From the NCBI GenBank assembly GCA_964508025.1, contig CAZDSF010000005.1:15501-79500 (forward strand): DNA of 64,000 bases. Direction: 5' to 3'. Source of the stretch: an uncultured Anaerolineales bacterium (GTDB taxonomy: Bacteria > Chloroflexota > Anaerolineae > B4-G1 > SLSP01). The notes beneath the pieces were generated by a model. It was not told the origin of the DNA and searched no databases. It saw only the letters and a list, made by a program, of their open reading frames with translations. The position numbers and the translations under genes are program-made. Positions 57,737-64,000 of this stretch are shown piece after piece. The stretch's first letter is position 1; each line of letters opens with the position of its first letter.

Positions 57737-59854
57737 TTGAATCTTGCTCTGCGTCATTTGCGAAATCTGTGGATGAATTCCATGTCCAACATTTTCTTCA
57801 ATGCCGCACACAGTCCTATTGGCGCTGGCGCTTCTTTCACGCTGGGCTATCCTGGCGCGGCGGGCGGGTTCGGCATCGAGCTGGGCCAGCCTGCCAGGCA
57901 AAACCTCTATATCGGCCTGGAAAACGCGCACAACGCTCGCTCCCAGGCGTTTCCCTTTTTCCAGCGCGGCGCCGACGACCTGTGGTCCTTCGAGGCCAGC
58001 GCTGAGCCGCGTCCGGCTGGCCCGCTCATCCTCAAGAAATTCAGGCGCGCGGCCATCCGTCGCGTGTTTTCCGCCGCCGCCGATGTTTGGTCGGCGGGCG
58101 ATTTGACCCTAAAAATCATCTCGCCTATCTTGCCGATTCCCGATCCTGCTGTCGCTGCGCCGGAGGAACTTAAACCTGTCTTGCTTCCTGTCGTTTATCT
58201 GCAACTCACTGTGGATAACCGTCGCTGTCGCAAAGCTCGCACGGCCTTCATCGGCTGGCAAGGGGACAAAGCCGGTCATGGAATGCGTCGCTTTGCGCTC
58301 GATGCTGATTTGCAAGGCGCGGCGCAAGGTCATGAAATCGCGCTCATCGCCTGCCAGCCCGGCGCACAGGCCGCCATCGGCTTTGCCATGCCGCACATCC
58401 TCGCCGCCTCTTCCGCCGCCCGCCAGCAGTTTGGCCTGGGCCAAACTGCCGCCTTGCTGGTCAGCGTTCCGGCTGGGGCGCAGCAGACCTTCACGTTTGC
58501 CGGCTGCTTCTATCGGGCGGGCTGCGTCACCGCGGGCGTCGAAGCCGCCTACTTTTACACCCGTCTGTGGGATTCCCTCGAAGCCGTCGCCCGCTACGCT
58601 GCAGAAAACGCCTCCACGTTGATTCCGCTCTGGGAAACCAGCGATGATTTTCTTGACTCGCTGCCGCCCGAGCGCAAGTTCATGCTTGCTCACGCCCTGC
58701 GCAACTATTACGCCAGCACGCAGCTGCTCGAAAGCGATGGAAAGCCGCTTTGGGTGGTGCAGGAAGGCGAATACCGCATGATCAACACGCTCGATTTGAC
58801 CGTAGACCATCTCTTCCACGAATTGCGGATGAATCCCTGGACTGTTCAGAACGTCCTCGACCTGTTCATCGAGCGTTATGCGTACAACGACGGTTTCGGC
58901 TTGAGCTTCACGCACGACATGGGCGCGACCAACATCTTCGCGCCAGCGGGAAAGTCCGCCTACGAACTGCCCGACCGGACGGGCGTCTTCTCTTACATGA
59001 CGCACGAGCAGCTCGTCAACTGGATTTGCGCTGCCGCGTTTTACGCCTTGACCTGCCGCGCTCATGCGTGGCTTTCGTCCCGCCGCGAAATTTTCACCCG
59101 CGGTCTCGAAAGCCTGCTGCAACGCGATCACCCCGATCCCGTGCGGCGCGATGGCGTGATGGATTTCGACACCGACCTTGTGGGCAGCGGCAGCGAAATC
59201 ACCACCTACGACAGCCTGGACGCCTCGTTGGGGCAGGCGCGGCGCAGCTCCTATCTGGCGGTCAAAACCTGGGCGGCGTACCTGCTGCTGGAACAGGTTT
59301 TCATCGTCCTGGATGACGCCGCCCGCGCGAAAATCTCCCACGCGCAGGCGGCGGCCGCCGCCCACACGCTGCGCGCTGCTGTGTTGCCCGATGGCAGCCT
59401 GCCTGCTATTCTGGAGGGAAGCTTCGCCGCGAAAAGCATTCCCACCATCGAGGGACTGATTTTTCCCGCCCTGCTGAATTTGCCCGTGTTGCAAGACGCC
59501 GCTGATCCCGCGAATCTTGTTCCCACCCTGAAGCGCCATCTGGAAGCGATTCTCCAGCCCGGCGTTTGCCTCTTTTCCGACGGAGGCTGGAAACTTTCCA
59601 GCACCAGCGACAATTCCTGGCTGAGCAAGATCTATCTCTGCCAGTACCTGGCCGAAACCTGGCTCGGTCTCCCCGCCGATCCCCGCGCCGACGCGGTTCA
59701 CGCGAGCTGGCTCACCCATCCACACAATGCCTTCTGGGGGTGGAGCGATCAAATGGCAGCCGGCAAAGCCCTGGGCAGCCGCTTCTATCCCCGTGGGGTG
59801 ACGGGAATACTTTGGAGCATTCCCGCTAAAGGTTTGCCTACACTTACCAGATAG
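57737..59854 (+). CDS. Glycoside hydrolase family 52 (beta-xylosidase-like)
   Basis: GH52-specific blocks: FFNAAHSPIGAGASFTLGYPG, GEYRMINTLDLTVDHLFHELRMNPWTVQNVLD, SFTHDMG, SYMTHEQLVNW, RRDHPDPVRRDGVMDFD, ITTYDSLDASLGQAR, SSTSDNSWLSKIYLCQY. Alternative start MSNIFF at ~57776. Confidence 0.8.
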   Translation: MNLALRHLRNLWMNSMSNIFFNAAHSPIGAGASFTLGYPGAAGGFGIELGQPARQNLYIGLENAHNARSQAFPFFQRGADDLWSFEASAEPRPAGPLILKKFRRAAIRRVFSAAADVWSAGDLTLKIISPILPIPDPAVAAPEELKPVLLPVVYLQLTVDNRRCRKARTAFIGWQGDKAGHGMRRFALDADLQGAAQGHEIALIACQPGAQAAIGFAMPHILAASSAARQQFGLGQTAALLVSVPAGAQQTFTFAGCFYRAGCVTAGVEAAYFYTRLWDSLEAVARYAAENASTLIPLWETSDDFLDSLPPERKFMLAHALRNYYASTQLLESDGKPLWVVQEGEYRMINTLDLTVDHLFHELRMNPWTVQNVLDLFIERYAYNDGFGLSFTHDMGATNIFAPAGKSAYELPDRTGVFSYMTHEQLVNWICAAAFYALTCRAHAWLSSRREIFTRGLESLLQRDHPDPVRRDGVMDFDTDLVGSGSEITTYDSLDASLGQARRSSYLAVKTWAAYLLLEQVFIVLDDAARAKISHAQAAAAAHTLRAAVLPDGSLPAILEGSFAAKSIPTIEGLIFPALLNLPVLQDAADPANLVPTLKRHLEAILQPGVCLFSDGGWKLSSTSDNSWLSKIYLCQYLAETWLGLPADPRADAVHASWLTHPHNAFWGWSDQMAAGKALGSRFYPRGVTGILWSIPAKGLPTLTR

Positions 59855-59909
59855 GACAGGCCGTCTTGTTCGCCAAAGCCAAGGCTTTAGCGAAAGAGAG
59901 AGTTGCGCG

Positions 59910-60173
59910 TCAAGCAATGAGTTCGAAAGTCATTTTAACAAACGCGCCATCGGCCTGGTGCGGGCCTGGGGAGCTGCCGCTGATTCGCAGGCGGAACTGG
60001 CCCGCTTCGAGACGGGCTTTGCCATCCGCGCCGATAAGGGCCAGGGATTCGGGAGGCAGGCTGAATTGGGAAATCTTTTCATCCAAAGATAAACGCGCCA
60101 CAAGGTCATCCAGGCGCGTTTCAAGCGGTAAATCGGAATTTTGAAAGGGGAAGGGGGGAGTATTCGTCATCAT
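59910..60173 (-). pseudogene. N-terminal 87-aa remnant of a GH3 beta-glucosidase/xylosidase
   Basis: Sequence LPLETRLDDLVARLSLDEKISQ matches the GH3 N-terminal signature (MTLEEKIGQ), but the ORF terminates after 87 codons. Confidence 0.5.
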
Positions 60174-60178
60174 GGGTA

Positions 60179-61294
60179 TTATGCGCTTGTCCAGCGGCGG
60201 GCCTCGTCGAGCAGGATGGCGAAATTCTCGAGCGGCACGAAATTGGCGATGGTGTTGCCGGAGCCAAAAGCAAAGCGCCCGTTTTCCATGCAGGTATCCA
60301 GGATGCCGCGCAAATAGGCGCGCAGTTCGGCTTCGGGCAGGGTGGCGAGCTTGTCCATATCCGCGCCGCCCAGCAGCGCGATCCGCCCGCCGTAGCGAGC
60401 TTTGGCTTCGGTGATGGGCAGGATGACATCCTGAAAGGAATGAAAGCCGTCTATCTTGACCGCGTCAATCAGATTGTCCATCACCGAGGGGGATTTCTTG
60501 TACAGGTTGCCGCAACTGTGGAGAAAGAACACTTTGCCGTGCGCATGGGCCAGCGCGGCGTATCGGGTCAGCCAGGGGAAGAGCAGGCGGCGCAAATCGG
60601 CGGGCGAGATCAGCGTGCTGCTTCTGAATCCCATGTCGTCGGCGTGGAAGATGCCGCCGACGCCTTCCAGCCCAATCACGGATTCGTAATACGCAAACAC
60701 GATCCGCCCCCAGCGGTCGAAGACATCCTCTACCAGTTGCGGGTCATCGTAAATCAGCTGGAACAGGCCGTTGTAGCCCAACAGGTATTCGAAGATGTTC
60801 TCGAACAGGGTGGCCGAGACGGTCATTTTCATGCCATCGGGCAGCAGGCGCGCGACCATCTCGAAGGTTTCGGAGGCGGGGTAGATTTTGTCCCAGGGGA
60901 AGGCCTCGTAATCGGCGCGAGATTTTATCAGCGCGCCCGATTCGTCCACCCAGTCGCGTTTTCCGCGCGATTGGCCGGCGGTGTCTTCGGCGCGGCGGAT
61001 TTTGCCAGCCGGGTTGTTCACCCATATCGGCCAGATGGGGACGAAGTCATAGCCCAGCCGGTAGTACAGATTGACCAGTTGGCGGTAATAGCGCGCATCA
61101 GGCCGCGCCGGCCCGTACACGCCCGGCGGCAAAGCCCAGGGTTCATCCAGGCAGGTTTCCTGGATGGTTTGCAGCACTTCCGGGTCAATGCCCAGTTCCA
61201 CGAGCTGCACGCGGCGTGGGGGCTGTTTGCCCTTGAGCACGCGCACCAGTTCCGCAAAGTCGGGGGCGGGACGTTCGAGCAGCAGGCCGCGCAT
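60179..61294 (-). CDS. Uroporphyrinogen-decarboxylase (URO-D)-fold protein (MtaA/CmuA-like family), function unknown in this context
   Basis: C-terminal half ...FFLHSCGNLYKK...IDGFHSFQDVI...GGRIALLGGADMD...ENGRFAFGSGN resembles URO-D family members. Confidence 0.55.
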   Translation of the reverse strand: MRGLLLERPAPDFAELVRVLKGKQPPRRVQLVELGIDPEVLQTIQETCLDEPWALPPGVYGPARPDARYYRQLVNLYYRLGYDFVPIWPIWVNNPAGKIRRAEDTAGQSRGKRDWVDESGALIKSRADYEAFPWDKIYPASETFEMVARLLPDGMKMTVSATLFENIFEYLLGYNGLFQLIYDDPQLVEDVFDRWGRIVFAYYESVIGLEGVGGIFHADDMGFRSSTLISPADLRRLLFPWLTRYAALAHAHGKVFFLHSCGNLYKKSPSVMDNLIDAVKIDGFHSFQDVILPITEAKARYGGRIALLGGADMDKLATLPEAELRAYLRGILDTCMENGRFAFGSGNTIANFVPLENFAILLDEARRWTSA

Positions 61295-61298
61295 GGGG

Positions 61299-62395
61299 TT
61301 AGATCACCTCCAGGTCGTTGAGGCCGGGCAGCGCGGGGAAGGGGGCGTGCGGCTCGGCCTGGTACCAGAAGGCGGTCGAGGCGATGTCATCCTGGCGGGG
61401 GAAGAAGCGGCCCTTGCCCTCCAGCGGGGAGCGCCAGCCCAGGTCCTGGATGGTGACGCGCAAATCTTGTTGGAAGCGAATCGGATCCAGGATGTGCCAG
61501 CGGTACATGCCAAAGCGCTGCTGCGATTGGTACAGCCCATCTGGTCGGATGACCTGCGGCAGGCCGAGGAAGGGGGTGGCGTACAGCCCGTACTGCCCCT
61601 GCGGGTGCTCGAAGTTCCACGCGCCGCCGAAGTAATCCTCCGTGCCGGTGCCGCAGATGGTGGGCCATTCGGCGTCGCCATCCAGATAGAATTTGATTTC
61701 GCCTTCGCCCCACCAACCGTTGTTATTGACGCCCCAGGCCAGGTACGTGCCCACGTAGTGCCCCTGTCCGCGCACCCCATCGAGCAGGGTATGCACCTCT
61801 AGCGGCCTGACGGGGTTGCTGCGCCGCCATTGCGCATGGAAATATCCCTGATCGGGCGGGACTTTCGTCAGCGTGTAATCAATCTGGTAGTAAAAATCGG
61901 GGGCCGGGTCGGGCGCCAGGTTTTCGACCGTGATGTGCGCGCTCCGCCGAAACGGCATCGGCCAGTAGGCGTTGAAGCCTCCCGCCGGATTGACTGCGAC
62001 CGGCAGGGAGGCCACGTTGCAGCGAACCCCCCAGCCGTTGCAGAAAAAATCCCCCAGGGGCGTTTCCACCGAGGGTGTAGATTCGTCATCCCAATAAAAA
62101 CGCAGCACCAGCCGCCGCCACAGGGAGGGATGTGTGGTGATCCAGATGTGCTGGATGGCGCCGGGGCCGTCAATCTTCGCCAGGGTGACAGTTTCGCGCG
62201 CCCCGATGTGGATGCTCGGCGAGATTTTCCAGCCCTGGCCCAGCTCGCGGGCGACGACTTCGCCGGTACCTTTGGTCGCCATGCCGCCCCGCCCCTTTTC
62301 GCCGGTGGGGTTTTCAGCGCTGATGGAGCGCGTGATGGCGTTCGAAAGGCGGGCGAGGTTGCCCAGGCCCATTCCCAAGCCATTGAAGGGTTCGT

Positions 62396-62399
<4 letters not shown>
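61299..62399 (-). CDS. DUF2961 / GH172-family glycoside hydrolase
   Basis: Sequence GTGTEDYFGGAWNFE and WGEGEIKFYLDGD blocks typical of DUF2961. The start overlaps the upstream stop (ATGA). The track ORF extends a further 70 codons through GC-rich sequence. Confidence 0.65.
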
Positions 62400-63999
<1,600 letters not shown>

Positions 64000-64000
64000 A

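Noticed and set aside
58109-59917. 602-aa minus-strand ORF
   Set aside because: It is antisense to the GH52 gene, which has many family-specific blocks.

Overview
This is a high-GC (about 63-65%) bacterial chromosomal window, about 90% coding. The gene content (SBBP/DUF11 giant secreted protein, SARP-NB-ARC-TPR regulator, many sugar ABC/GH loci, GH52, GH172) suggests a Chloroflexota-like saprophyte; that placement is inference only.

Layout, left to right:
- **1-513:** 5' portion of a nitrilase-superfamily hydrolase gene that runs off the window start.
- **0.7-2.3 kb:** decayed region with a nonsense-interrupted sensor kinase and unidentifiable fragments.
- **2.3-8.9 kb:** a conserved but functionally uncharacterised metallocluster-type gene neighbourhood. 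It holds two DUF5320 proteins, a radical SAM remnant, Mrp/ApbC, OsmC, two tandem MinD-type ATPases with ferredoxin inserts, an MBL hydrolase, a NifX-like protein and a PadR::NifX fusion regulator with a perfect palindromic operator.
- **9.1-15.8 kb:** a compositionally distinct (lower-GC) arsenic-resistance island. It holds a decayed ACR3 copy, arsR-ACR3, four tandem thioredoxin-fold proteins, a duplicated ArsP/DUF318-type permease, a second arsR with a CVC metal site, a ferredoxin-domain protein and arsC, with clear intrinsic terminators.
- **15.9-21.9 kb:** a 2.6 kb SBBP beta-propeller/DUF11 secreted protein with a small upstream ORF, divergent from a 1020-aa SARP (BTAD)-NB-ARC-TPR regulator.
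- **22-26.3 kb:** agmatine deiminase locus (AguA, APC antiporter, putrescine/ornithine carbamoyltransferase, AsnC regulator).
- **26.3-28.3 kb:** mobile-element scar (integrase C-terminal fragment plus IS4/IS701-like transposase with in-frame stops).
- **28.5-64 kb:** four carbohydrate utilisation loci.
  - LacI / ABC / GH30-like locus, with a cre-like operator.
  - Uronate / GAG-type locus: GH88/105, KduD-like, KdgK, Eda, plus DegT, Gfo/Idh, ABC.
  - Beta-helix / GH clan-A / ROK / SIS / GntR / GH52 locus, with three copies of a promoter-operator module.
  - Cupin(D-lyxose isomerase)-DUF4432-GH172-UROD-like operon, with a GH3 remnant.

No CRISPR array, rRNA or confident tRNA was seen. Many long antisense ORFs in the track are GC-driven shadows and were rejected. 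Hand-derived coordinates for sites may be off by 1-2 nt.
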